From: an uncultured Gemmatimonadota bacterium
Lineage (GTDB): Bacteria > GCA-2686955
DNA length: 20,000 bases
Direction: 5' to 3'
Assembly (NCBI GenBank): GCA_964490075.1
Contig: CAZBBK010000024.1
Coordinates: 51,118-71,117, forward strand
How positions within the stretch are numbered: position 1 is the stretch's first letter; each line of letters starts with the position of its first letter. Under the pieces are notes generated by a model. That model worked only from the letters and a program-made list of their open reading frames with translations, had not been told where the DNA came from and ran no database searches. The position numbers and the translations under genes were made by a program. Positions 8,435-17,525 of the stretch are shown one piece after another.

Positions 8435-10990
8435 TCAGCCGATCCGTTCCAGCTCGATGATCGGTCCCTCGGGGGCGTGATCGTCGGAGAGGTCCACCAG
8501 GCCTTCCAGCAGCCACAGATTCTCGTCCCGCGGGTCGACGAGCACCTGCTGCAGACTCCAGCGGTGCTCGCCGGCCTGGCGAATCACCGTCTTGTCCGAG
8601 AGCCGGGCGTGGTGATCCGCACGCAGCTCCCCGTACTCTTCGAAGAAGGGCGTCATCTCCTCCTCGAGCCGAGCGCCGCTCCACGTCTCGCGGTCGGGGT
8701 GATGTCGCAGACAGCTCGCGGCCTCTTCGAAGTCCCGTACCGCCAGCGCCCGCACCAGAGCGTGGAGCTCCGCGCGGATGCGCGCGTGGAAGCTCCGCGT
8801 ATCGCGCGAAAGATCGGCGGGCTGGGCAGCGCGGCGTTCCTCTCCGGGAGCATCCGGACCGGCGACCATGCGTTCCCACTCCTTCGAGAGACTGGAATCG
8901 GTGCGCTCGAGCGCGGCGCGCAGAAAGGCGCTGACTTCGTCTACGCTCTCGGTTCGGTTCAGATGGGGCACGCTCTGCAGCAGAGTCTTGTAACACTGGC
9001 TGAGGTACCGGAGCAGCGTGCCCTCCATCCGCTCCAGTCGATAGTGGACCACGTAGTCGCGAAACGAGTAGTGCCCTTCGTACATCTCGCGGGCGATCGA
9101 TTTCGGCTTGATGTTCTCCGCCCCCACCCAGGGGTGGTGCGCGGCGAACGCATTGAAGGTGGTGTAGATCAGCTCCTCGTTCGGCTTCGGATGGCTGATC
9201 TTCTCCAACTCCTCCATGCGCTGTTCGTACTCTACGCCCTGCGCCTTGAGATCCGCGACCCGCTCGCCCTTCAGCTTCGACACCTGCTGGCGCAAGATCG
9301 CGCCAGGATGCTCGAGCACCGCCTCCACCAAGGTCAAGAGATCGAGCCCGTAGTCGGGATCGTCGCGATCCAGCAGAGCCAGCGCCTCCAGGAGGTAGAG
9401 CGACAGCGTATGGAAGATCGAGAAGTCATCTTGAAGGTCGGGCGCGACCAGTACGTCTCGGCCGCGCCCCTCCTTTCGGGCCGCGCTTTCTACCAGCTCG
9501 GCCTTGCGCAGGGCACGGAAGTGAACCTTGGCCTCACGCCGCAGTTTCGGCTTGAGCGCAGCGCGCTCGTGGCAAAGCTCGATCAGTTGGACCAGGGCGC
9601 GGTAGCCGCCGCCGTGACCGACAACCTGGGAGTTGCGTTGCAATAGGTTCAGCAGCATCGCATGACCGACCGAGAACTGCGAGCGCAGAGTCTCCGGTGT
9701 GCCGCGCTCCAAGCGCCGAAAAGTGTTCTCATCCCAGCCCACGAAACCGAGCTTCGGAGGTTGTCGCTTCTTGAACTTGCGCTTGGAGCCACTGGCGCCG
9801 GCGGCTTTGGCGGCAGCGGCGCGGTTCTCGACCACGTGCTCCGGAGCCTGGCACACCACCCAACCCTGTTCATCGAAGCCCTTGCGTCCCGCGCGCCCCG
9901 CGATCTGCTGAAAGTCCCGAATGGACAGGATCCGTACCTTGTGACCATCGTACTTGCACAAGCGTGTGAACAACACCGTTCGAATCGGAATATTGACACC
10001 TACGCCGAGAGTGTCGGTTCCCGAGACGATCTTCAGCAGTCCCTGCTGCGCCAGCTTCTCGATCAACAGGCGATACTTGGGGAGCAGCCCGGCGTGGTGC
10101 AGCCCGACACCGTGGCCGATGAAGCGACGGATCGTCTTGCCGTAGGGGCTGTCGAAAGGGAAGCCCTTGATCGCATCGGCCAGCGCCCGTTTCTCTTCCT
10201 TCGGACACAGGTCGATGCTGGTCAGGCTCTGCGCCTGCTCCGCCGCCTGCTTCTGGCTGAAGTTGACCAGGTAGATCGGGGCCCTTCGCTGCTCGAGCAG
10301 CCCTTTGACCGTGTGGTGGATCGGGATCTCGCTGTAGCTGAAGTCGAGCGGCACCGGACGCTCGGTGGAACGTACCACGGAGACCGCGCTCCCGGTTCGC
10401 TGTTCGAGGTGGCGAACGATCGCCGCAGTGTCGCCCAGGGTGGCCGACATCAGGAGGAAGGTGGTACTCGGCAGAGTGAGCAGCGGAATCTGCCAGGCAA
10501 CGCCCCGGTCGACATCACCATAATAGTGAAACTCGTCCATGACGACATATTCGGCGGGGGCCGCGGCTCCCTGTCGCAAGGCCATGTTCGAGAGCACCTC
10601 GGCGGTGCAGCAGACGATGGGCGCGGATGGATTGATCGCGGCATCGCCGGTCAACATGCCGACGTTGGCCGCGCCGAAATGTCTGCAGAGATCGAAGAAC
10701 TTCTCGCTCACCAGGGCCTTGATCGGGGCGGTGTAGTAGGAAGGGCGGTTGCGCGCGGCACACCAGAAATGAGCGGCGATCGCGACCAGCGACTTGCCTG
10801 ATCCGGTGGGCGTGCTCAGCACCACGTGGGAGCCGGTCATCACCTCCAGAATCGCTTCTTCCTGGGCCGGGTAGAGCTCCAGTCCCAGGTCGGCGGTCCA
10901 GCCGAAGAAGAGATCGAGCAACTCGTCGTCTTCGACGGGATGACCGAGGGGGACTCTCTCGAGGAGGTTGGGATGGGGCGTTTCGGACAT
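8435..10990 (-). CDS. Ski2-like superfamily 2 DEAD/DEAH-box helicase with a long C-terminal region (DUF3516-type architecture)
   Basis: Q motif LYPAQEEA, Walker A TPTGSGKS, PIKALVSEK, DEFH, MSAT, HHAGLLP, GTDTLGVGVN, QIAGRAGR; SD GGAG 7 nt before the ATG. Confidence 0.93.
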   Translation of the reverse strand: MSETPHPNLLERVPLGHPVEDDELLDLFFGWTADLGLELYPAQEEAILEVMTGSHVVLSTPTGSGKSLVAIAAHFWCAARNRPSYYTAPIKALVSEKFFDLCRHFGAANVGMLTGDAAINPSAPIVCCTAEVLSNMALRQGAAAPAEYVVMDEFHYYGDVDRGVAWQIPLLTLPSTTFLLMSATLGDTAAIVRHLEQRTGSAVSVVRSTERPVPLDFSYSEIPIHHTVKGLLEQRRAPIYLVNFSQKQAAEQAQSLTSIDLCPKEEKRALADAIKGFPFDSPYGKTIRRFIGHGVGLHHAGLLPKYRLLIEKLAQQGLLKIVSGTDTLGVGVNIPIRTVLFTRLCKYDGHKVRILSIRDFQQIAGRAGRKGFDEQGWVVCQAPEHVVENRAAAAKAAGASGSKRKFKKRQPPKLGFVGWDENTFRRLERGTPETLRSQFSVGHAMLLNLLQRNSQVVGHGGGYRALVQLIELCHERAALKPKLRREAKVHFRALRKAELVESAARKEGRGRDVLVAPDLQDDFSIFHTLSLYLLEALALLDRDDPDYGLDLLTLVEAVLEHPGAILRQQVSKLKGERVADLKAQGVEYEQRMEELEKISHPKPNEELIYTTFNAFAAHHPWVGAENIKPKSIAREMYEGHYSFRDYVVHYRLERMEGTLLRYLSQCYKTLLQSVPHLNRTESVDEVSAFLRAALERTDSSLSKEWERMVAGPDAPGEERRAAQPADLSRDTRSFHARIRAELHALVRALAVRDFEEAASCLRHHPDRETWSGARLEEEMTPFFEEYGELRADHHARLSDKTVIRQAGEHRWSLQQVLVDPRDENLWLLEGLVDLSDDHAPEGPIIELERIG

Positions 10991-11211
10991 GAGAAAGCTC
11001 CCGGGCGGTTGGCTTGCAGGCCGCGAATGGTAGCCGCGGCGGCTTCATTGCGGGGGCAGTTCCGTTTCGCTGGACCGGTCGACTACGATATGAGATACTC
11101 GCCCGCGTTGCACAGTCGGGGGACGCGCGGCGCTCAAGGGCCCATGCCGAACACGCGGCATCCAAAAGTCGCCGCGATTTGGGAGTGGGCCACGCAGACT
11201 GGAGTAGACGC

Positions 11212-13530
11212 ATGAAGTTCGTTCGGGAAGCGATGCGGATCGAGCGGGGCAGTGACTGGGAGTCGAAGTACTTCTGGCTCGGTCTGGCGCTGACGGTGGT
11301 CGAGTCTCTCGGCGGGCTATACCTGCTCTGCATCGATGAACTGACCCACCTCGACATGACCCTGCTCCTGTTCCACATCCTGGCTGGGTTTCCCTTCGTG
11401 CTGCCCTGCATCATGTTCTGGCGCCGGCACCGGCGCTACGCGCCGATCGTGGAGCGTCCGGCCTACACCTGGCTCGGCTGGAGCTGCGTGCTGTCGATGG
11501 TGTTCGCCCTGGTGTCGGGCATCTGGCTGACCTTCCGGGGAATCTCCGGTATCTACTGGCTGTGGCTGTCCCACACAGTGATCTCGCTCTACGGTTTTGC
11601 CGCGCTCACCCTCTACATCCTGATAACCGTGCGGCTGTGGATGACCGAGCTGGCCGCGACGCCGAAAGCCAGCGCCTTTCTGGGGCAGACGCTGTGGAAG
11701 ATCGGTGCCAAGGTCGCGGTGGGAAGCGTGGTGCTGGTGGCGCTCAACATCGCCTATGCCGCCTACTACGAGGAACCGCCCGTGGACCGAGTCGTCGAGG
11801 ACTACAGCTACTCCTTTGGCGACGACCCCTTCTACCCGAGCCGCGTTCAGACGGCATCCGGGGGGTTCTACGCTCCGGAGCATTTCCTGCGCTCCAAAAC
11901 CTGCGGCATCTCCGGTTGCCACACGGAGACGCTGCGCCAGTTCGAGGACTCCGCGCACTATCGCACTCCGACGCCGATTTTTGGCGCGGTGCAATCACTG
12001 TTCATGGAGGAGGCCCGCCAAGGCGAGTTCCTCGGATCCCGCGGCACGTTGCAGATCGACGAAATGCGGGATATCCACGAGGGGCGCGAGAGCTTCCGCT
12101 TCTGCGCCGGATGTCACACTCCGGTGGCGCTGATCGCTGGAGCGGTCGACAAGGGCGCGGGATTGCCGAGCTTCGAGGAGTGGGAAGGGGACTCTTGCAT
12201 TCTCTGCCATCGCATCACATCGATGGGGGACGTGGGAGGCGGCGGTGGGGGCGACTACACCGTCGCGCCGCCACCCAACCGCTATCTCTTCGCCTTCTCT
12301 GATCATCCTCTCGGCGTGTGGATCAACAAGACTCTGATCAACAACAAGCCCGAGCATCACATGGCGATGTACGACACACCGTTCTACGAGACATCGGAGT
12401 ATTGCGTCGGATGCCACAAGCGGCTCACTTATTCCTACTGGGAAGCCAGTCCCTACAACCACCCGCCCGCCGGTGAAGAGACCACGGAGTGCCAGGACTG
12501 CCACATGCCGCAGGTGGCGACCGACGACGACGTGTCGGCCCTCGCGAAAGGTACGATTTCCGACCACCGCACGCTGGCGGCCAACCTGGTCACACCGATG
12601 CTCTACGGCTTGGAGGACCAGGATCGCCTCACGCGCGAGTTCATGATGGACGAGAAAATGGTGCTCGAAGTGGCGGCGCCAGACAACACCTGGCCGCAGA
12701 GCAAGCTGGAGTTCATCATTCGCGTGATCAACAAGGGAGTGGGTCATATTTTCCCGGCCGGGCCCGAAGCTGACCTGATCGAATCCTGGGCCGAGGTGAT
12801 CGTGACCGACGGTTCGGGCAAGACACTGCTCGAGTACGGAGTGCTCGACGACAAGGGTCATCTGGATCACGATTCGACCTACGTCTACACGGTCGTGCCG
12901 CACGATCAGGATGGGCGAGCGTTGGAGCTCGACCGGCACAGGAACTGGATGTTCGCCGAAGACAAGCTCCACGTCGTGCCGGCCAAGTACTTCGATGAGT
13001 TCCCCTTCTCGATCGACTTGGCCCGGCACGATGTGACCGGACCGATCAAGATCGACGCGCGGCTGCGTTTCCGGAAATTCAACCAGGCGTTCCTCGATTT
13101 TGCCGCCGAGGCCGGATTCGCGCCGCAGCTCGAGGCGCCGGTGGTCGAGCTGGATGTCGCTACCGCGAGCGTCGCCATCGCCGCCGACCCGGTCGTTGCC
13201 GAGCAGGCCGCCGAGCAATGGCTGGCGAGGCTCGATGGGGCGGAGGATGGTGAGCTCAAGGGCTACACCAAGAAGCCGAACTTCGACGACCACTTGCTCG
13301 CCAGGAAGCTCTCCCTGGAGAGCCGAATCCGGTTGGTGGACGCCCAGGGACTCTATGGCGAAGGTCAATACGAGGCGGCGCTGGCGATCCTCGATGAGCT
13401 CTCGGAAAAGGACATGGAAGAGCGTGTGTGGCTGAGTCGGCTTCGCTCCGCCTTGGTTGAGGCCATGCGCGAGAAGCAGGACCGTCCCATCGGAGAGATC
13501 GTCGACCCCTTTACCGGTGAGGCGGGGTGA
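11212..13530 (+). CDS. Membrane-anchored multiheme c-type cytochrome (about 5 N-terminal TM helices, 5 heme-binding motifs), 772 aa
   Basis: SD GGAG at 11201 supports the ATG at 11212 rather than the ORF-track start at 11014. Motifs CGISGCH, CAGCH, CILCH, CVGCH, CQDCH; 'NKGVGHIFPAG' beta-domain motif seen in multiheme cytochromes; TPR-like C-terminal helices. Confidence 0.88.
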   Translation: MKFVREAMRIERGSDWESKYFWLGLALTVVESLGGLYLLCIDELTHLDMTLLLFHILAGFPFVLPCIMFWRRHRRYAPIVERPAYTWLGWSCVLSMVFALVSGIWLTFRGISGIYWLWLSHTVISLYGFAALTLYILITVRLWMTELAATPKASAFLGQTLWKIGAKVAVGSVVLVALNIAYAAYYEEPPVDRVVEDYSYSFGDDPFYPSRVQTASGGFYAPEHFLRSKTCGISGCHTETLRQFEDSAHYRTPTPIFGAVQSLFMEEARQGEFLGSRGTLQIDEMRDIHEGRESFRFCAGCHTPVALIAGAVDKGAGLPSFEEWEGDSCILCHRITSMGDVGGGGGGDYTVAPPPNRYLFAFSDHPLGVWINKTLINNKPEHHMAMYDTPFYETSEYCVGCHKRLTYSYWEASPYNHPPAGEETTECQDCHMPQVATDDDVSALAKGTISDHRTLAANLVTPMLYGLEDQDRLTREFMMDEKMVLEVAAPDNTWPQSKLEFIIRVINKGVGHIFPAGPEADLIESWAEVIVTDGSGKTLLEYGVLDDKGHLDHDSTYVYTVVPHDQDGRALELDRHRNWMFAEDKLHVVPAKYFDEFPFSIDLARHDVTGPIKIDARLRFRKFNQAFLDFAAEAGFAPQLEAPVVELDVATASVAIAADPVVAEQAAEQWLARLDGAEDGELKGYTKKPNFDDHLLARKLSLESRIRLVDAQGLYGEGQYEAALAILDELSEKDMEERVWLSRLRSALVEAMREKQDRPIGEIVDPFTGEAG

Positions 13531-13560
13531 TTCCCGGCGCAGATCCCTTCCAGAGCTGAA

Positions 13561-14184
13561 TCAGGGCTCTTGGCGGGGAGCGGCTTCGACCGCGGCTCCC
13601 GGCGGTTCCCAGTCCGGCGTGTTCTTTGCCCCGGTGCCCCCATCGGCTCGATCGGGTCGTGCGTTTCCGACCTTCCGCTCGGAGGAGTCGATGAAGCCAT
13701 TTCGGTTTCGGTCGCGGCGTTGGAATGAGGCCCGCGAACCGGGAAACTCCTGCGCTGAGATCCGACCGTCCCCGTTCCTGTCTTCGAGATTTGCTCGCGC
13801 TCTCCTCCGGTCGACCTCGACTTGGCGCTGCCGCCGCCAGGTCTTCCGCTCGGCGCGCACCTCACTGGCATCCACAAGACCGTCGCCATTCAGATCTAGG
13901 CGATCGAAGATGTGGAATTCTCGCCAAGAAACGCGCTGGTCGCCGTCGCGGTCCAGACCTTGAATGAGGAGCGGCGGCTCGTCCATCGCGCCGGCCCGTC
14001 GGTCGCCGTTCCCTGTTACGACCCATCCCAGTTCTCCCTGCCGGACGACGAAGATGGCGAGCACCGCACCAGCCACGCCAGCGATCACGACCAGTGCGCG
14101 CGACACCCGGTCGCTGCCTGTGCGCTTGGCTTTCGACTTCCTGGATCGGGATCGTCGCCGGTTCTGTTTTGGGGGTCGGTTCAT
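13561..14184 (-). CDS. Membrane-anchored EF-hand (Ca2+-binding loop) protein A, 207 aa
   Basis: Basic N-terminus, one TM helix (ALVVIAGVAGAVLAIFVV), then loops DRDGDQRVSWRE, DLNGDGLVDASE, DRNGDGRISAQE and DRNRNGFIDSSE. Start set at ATG 14184, 19 nt after the upstream gene's stop. Confidence 0.82.
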   Translation of the reverse strand: MNRPPKQNRRRSRSRKSKAKRTGSDRVSRALVVIAGVAGAVLAIFVVRQGELGWVVTGNGDRRAGAMDEPPLLIQGLDRDGDQRVSWREFHIFDRLDLNGDGLVDASEVRAERKTWRRQRQVEVDRRRARANLEDRNGDGRISAQEFPGSRASFQRRDRNRNGFIDSSERKVGNARPDRADGGTGAKNTPDWEPPGAAVEAAPRQEP

Positions 14185-14203
14185 CGCGGTCGGGGGAAGG
14201 GTC

Positions 14204-14815
14204 TCAATTGGATTCCGGCTCCTGTTCTGTGGACTCCTCGTCCGCGGGGACGAACTCCAACAGGCCCACTCGCTGTCCCCGCACCGCGCGCTCCCGACCG
14301 GAGAGCGGATCGCGCCACGCGCTCCCGGGAGCACCGCCGGCCAGATCGAGAAAGCCGTCCAGGTCTTTGTCCAGCCGGTCGAAGAGCGAGCGCGGACCGG
14401 GAAACTCGCTCGGTGACACGCGCATGTCTCCGTCCAGGTCGTGGGCCGGGAGCGGGCGGATCAAATCGCCTCCCTGATCGACTCCACGAGAGTCCCCGGT
14501 GCGTGAATCGGTGCCTGCCCGAGCCTCTCGTGTGTCCACGAAGTAGTCCTTGTCGCGGTCGAGAGCCTCGAAGACGTGAAACTCCTCGTGAGAGACGCGA
14601 CCGTCCTCGTCTCGGTCCAGCCCGCGGATCAATGCGGGAAGCTCGGCTCCTGGTGCCTCGTCCGCGGCACCACCCAGGAAGACCCTGCCGATCGTCGCCG
14701 GTCCTTGTGGCCACAGGGCCAGAACCAGCACGAGGATCCAGGCCGCGCCCGCCAGGCGAACCAGCGCGCGGCTTCTGCGTTCCCGGCTTCCGGCGTTGTT
14801 GGGCTCCGACGACAT
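14204..14815 (-). CDS. Membrane-anchored EF-hand protein B, paralogue of A
   Basis: TM helix (ALVRLAGAAWILVLVLALW); loops DRDEDGRVSHEE, DRDKDYFVDTRE, DLDGDMRVSPSE and DKDLDGFLDLAG. AGGA lies 7 nt before the ATG at 14815 (alternative ATG at 14821). Confidence 0.82.
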   Translation of the reverse strand: MSSEPNNAGSRERRSRALVRLAGAAWILVLVLALWPQGPATIGRVFLGGAADEAPGAELPALIRGLDRDEDGRVSHEEFHVFEALDRDKDYFVDTREARAGTDSRTGDSRGVDQGGDLIRPLPAHDLDGDMRVSPSEFPGPRSLFDRLDKDLDGFLDLAGGAPGSAWRDPLSGRERAVRGQRVGLLEFVPADEESTEQEPESN

Positions 14816-15001
14816 GGGCATTCCTGCACGCGCCGCGCTGCATGCGACGCCGTGCCCAGTCTACCCGCCCCTCGTCTTCTCGCGCGAGTGCGAGGGCATC
14901 CCAACGACCAGGACGGCGCCGCGGGTCAGACATCCCCATCCCTTTCCGCGACGCCGCCCCATCCCGGTCGTGAGACGCCTCGGCTGAAGAGGCGTTGCCC
15001 G

Positions 15002-15304
15002 CTATTGGAGCTCGGCGCGATATCGGCTCCGATCCGGCTCGAAGATGATCGGCACGCGGGTCTCGTCGATGTCTCCGGCGCGGGTGTCGGCCACTCGTCG
15101 TCCGGCGGCGACATCGAGTCCGGAGCGTGTGCACAAGCGAGCGCGCAGCTCCGGCGCGACGTAGGGAGGCAGCCAGACGGCGGCCGCGGCGAGCAGATCG
15201 ATGGTCACCGGCCGGGCCCCGGGCGGCGGGGCGGTCTCGGAAGCCGGAGCGGTGTGGGCGAGGGCGATGATCGAGAGAGTGGCGATCCAAGTACGGGACT
15301 TCAT
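15002..15304 (-). CDS. Hypothetical exported protein, 100 aa
   Basis: Strong SD (CAGGAG) before the ATG at 15304; signal-peptide-like [21 protein letters not shown]. Confidence 0.6.
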   Translation of the reverse strand: MKSRTWIATLSIIALAHTAPASETAPPPGARPVTIDLLAAAAVWLPPYVAPELRARLCTRSGLDVAAGRRVADTRAGDIDETRVPIIFEPDRSRYRAELQ

Positions 15305-15582
15305 CTTCTTTCTCCTGGAGCCGGACCAGAGGCCCGGGAGTCGAGCGGTGCGCGGGCCGCATCCAATCGATCTCGGTGGCTGCTCCGCGCGTTCGATCGG
15401 GGGTATCGCAGACCGCGTGCCAATCCGGGAAGAAAGCCGTAATACGTGGGATGACACCATGTTGTGGGACGACGAAAGGAGTCCGCGCGGGCCTGGGCGT
15501 CGGCGCCGCCGACATCTGCGGGGTGTATTGTGTGCCCCTCCGACGATCCGGCTGCCCACACGACCAGTTCCGCGCCCGGCTC

Positions 15583-15611
15583 TTGACGGCCATCCGCGGG
15601 GCGCGCACTCT
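15583..15611 (+). promoter_or_regulatory. Possible sigma70 promoter of thyA-folA
   Basis: TTGACG (15583-15588), 17-nt spacer, CACTCT (15606-15611), ending 9 nt before the thyA ATG. Confidence 0.45.
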
Positions 15612-15620
15612 TTCCCCGCC

Positions 15621-16403
15621 ATGAAGCCCTACCTCGACCTGCTGCGAACCGTGCTGGAGCACGGCGAAGAACGCAGCGATCGCACCGGAACTGGGACCCG
15701 CTCGATCTTCGGGGCACAGTGCCGCTACGACCTGCGGATGGGCTTCCCGCTGGTCACCACCAAGAAGATCGTGTTCGCCTCGGTGGTGCGTGAGCTGCTC
15801 TGGTTTCTGCGCGGCTCCACCAACATCCACGACGATCTGACCCAGCACACATCGATCTGGGATCCCTGGGCGGACGAGAAGGGCGACCTGGGCCCCATCT
15901 ATGGCCACCAATGGCGCAACTGGGGGGGAGAGGGGATCGATCAGATTCGCGACGCCATCGACCTGATTCGCCGCCAGCCCCAGAGCCGCAGAATCATCGT
16001 CAGCGCCTGGAATGTCGCCGATGTGCCACGCATGGCGCTGCCGCCCTGTCATCTGCTCTTTCAGTTCTACGTCGCGCAAGGGGGGATGCTCGACTGCCAG
16101 CTCTACCAGCGCTCCGCCGATCTCGCGATCGGCGTGCCCTTCAACGTCGCCAGCTACGCCCTCTTGACCATGATGATCGCGGCCGAATGCGAGCTGACTC
16201 CACGCTTCTTCGTGCACACCTTCGGCGACGCGCACATCTACCTGAACCACGTAGAGGGCGTGCGGCGCCAGCTCGGCCGAACCCCGCACCCCCCGCCCCA
16301 GGTGCGCATCGCGAGCAAGCCGATCGACCAAATCTGCTTCGACGACATCGAGCTGGTCGGCTACCGGCACGAGCCCTTCATCCGCTTCCCGGTGGCGGTA
16401 TGA
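15621..16403 (+). CDS. thyA: Thymidylate synthase (ThyA)
   Basis: [31 protein letters not shown], catalytic [26 protein letters not shown]. Confidence 0.97.
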   Translation: MKPYLDLLRTVLEHGEERSDRTGTGTRSIFGAQCRYDLRMGFPLVTTKKIVFASVVRELLWFLRGSTNIHDDLTQHTSIWDPWADEKGDLGPIYGHQWRNWGGEGIDQIRDAIDLIRRQPQSRRIIVSAWNVADVPRMALPPCHLLFQFYVAQGGMLDCQLYQRSADLAIGVPFNVASYALLTMMIAAECELTPRFFVHTFGDAHIYLNHVEGVRRQLGRTPHPPPQVRIASKPIDQICFDDIELVGYRHEPFIRFPVAV

Positions 16404-17002
16404 GCGCGCCAGGGCGGCCCCCGGGCCGAGATCCGGTTCTGGAGATCGTCGTCGCCGCGGATCGGTGCCTCGGAATCGGCCGCGAAGGCGCGCTGCCCTG
16501 GCGGCTCAAGGCCGATCTTGCCCGTTTCCGCGATCTGACTCGCACGGTTCCCTCCGACGCCCCGCGCGGCGCTCGCAACGCCGTCCTGATGGGGCGCAAG
16601 ACCTGGGACTCCATTCCCGATCGTTTCCGTCCCCTCCCCGGCCGCCTGAACGCGGTCCTGACCCGCGACGCCAGCCTCGCGCTGCCCCCCGGCCTGGTGG
16701 TGGCGGACTCGCTGGATGCGGCACTGCGCAAGTGCCGGGATCACGGGCCCGTGCTGCGCTTCTTCGTGATCGGCGGCGGCGAGATCTACCGCCTGGCCAT
16801 GGACGATCCGCGCTGCCGTGTGGTCCACCTGACACGCGTCGACGGGGACCACGATTGCGATACCTGGCTGCGCGATCCTCTGCGCGCCGGATTTCACGAG
16901 GTCGCCGCCGAGCCCGCCCGCAGCGAAGGGGGGATCGGCTACGTGTTTTCCCGCTTGCGCCGCGGCGCGCCGGTCGAAGGCTCCGCGAAATCGCTCCGAT
17001 GA
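16400..17002 (+). CDS. folA: Dihydrofolate reductase
   Basis: ATGA overlap with thyA; GIG...[38 protein letters not shown]. Confidence 0.95.
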   Translation: MSAPGRPPGRDPVLEIVVAADRCLGIGREGALPWRLKADLARFRDLTRTVPSDAPRGARNAVLMGRKTWDSIPDRFRPLPGRLNAVLTRDASLALPPGLVVADSLDAALRKCRDHGPVLRFFVIGGGEIYRLAMDDPRCRVVHLTRVDGDHDCDTWLRDPLRAGFHEVAAEPARSEGGIGYVFSRLRRGAPVEGSAKSLR

Positions 17003-17066
17003 CCTAGAGTGAATGCAGCGGTCCACGTTGCAAACGGGTGCCACCAGCTCGCCGGGAGGAGGCTTC

Positions 17067-17510
17067 ATGCAAACCCGCATCTCCGAGATCCTGAACAAGA
17101 TCGGCCACGATCCGGTCACTGTCGCGCCGGGGGCCACGGTCTATTCCGCGATCGAGGCCATGGTCCGAAGCGATGTCGGTGCGGCGGTCGTGGTTCGCGA
17201 GGGGGGGGTCTGCGGGATCATCACCGAGCGGGACTACCTGCGCGGCGTGGCCCTGAAGGGCCGCACCTCGCACGCCACCGCCGTGTCGGAGATCATGAGC
17301 TCGCGGGTCGTCGTCGTGGCGCCCGATCGCACTGTCGGGGAATGCATGGCGATCATGACGCGCCACAAGTTCCGGCATCTGCCGGTGGTCGACGGGGAGC
17401 GGCTGGTCGGGGTGATCTCGATGCGGGACCTGAACGCGGCGATCTGTGCCAACCAGGCCACCGAGATCGAGCATCTGACCCGCTACATCACCGGATCCTA
17501 TCCGGGGTAG
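17067..17510 (+). CDS. Stand-alone CBS-pair (Bateman domain) protein
   Basis: SD GGAGGAGG before the ATG at 17067; 'GIITERDY', 'RHLPVVDGERLVGVISMRDL', C-terminal 'LTRYITG'. Confidence 0.92.
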   Translation: MQTRISEILNKIGHDPVTVAPGATVYSAIEAMVRSDVGAAVVVREGGVCGIITERDYLRGVALKGRTSHATAVSEIMSSRVVVVAPDRTVGECMAIMTRHKFRHLPVVDGERLVGVISMRDLNAAICANQATEIEHLTRYITGSYPG

Positions 17511-17525
17511 AGAAGAGCAAGCCGG

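Noticed and set aside
15621-17002. Bifunctional ThyA-DHFR fusion suggested by the 15911-17002 ORF
   Set aside because: The two enzymes are in different frames, joined by a standard ATGA stop/start overlap, and each is complete.
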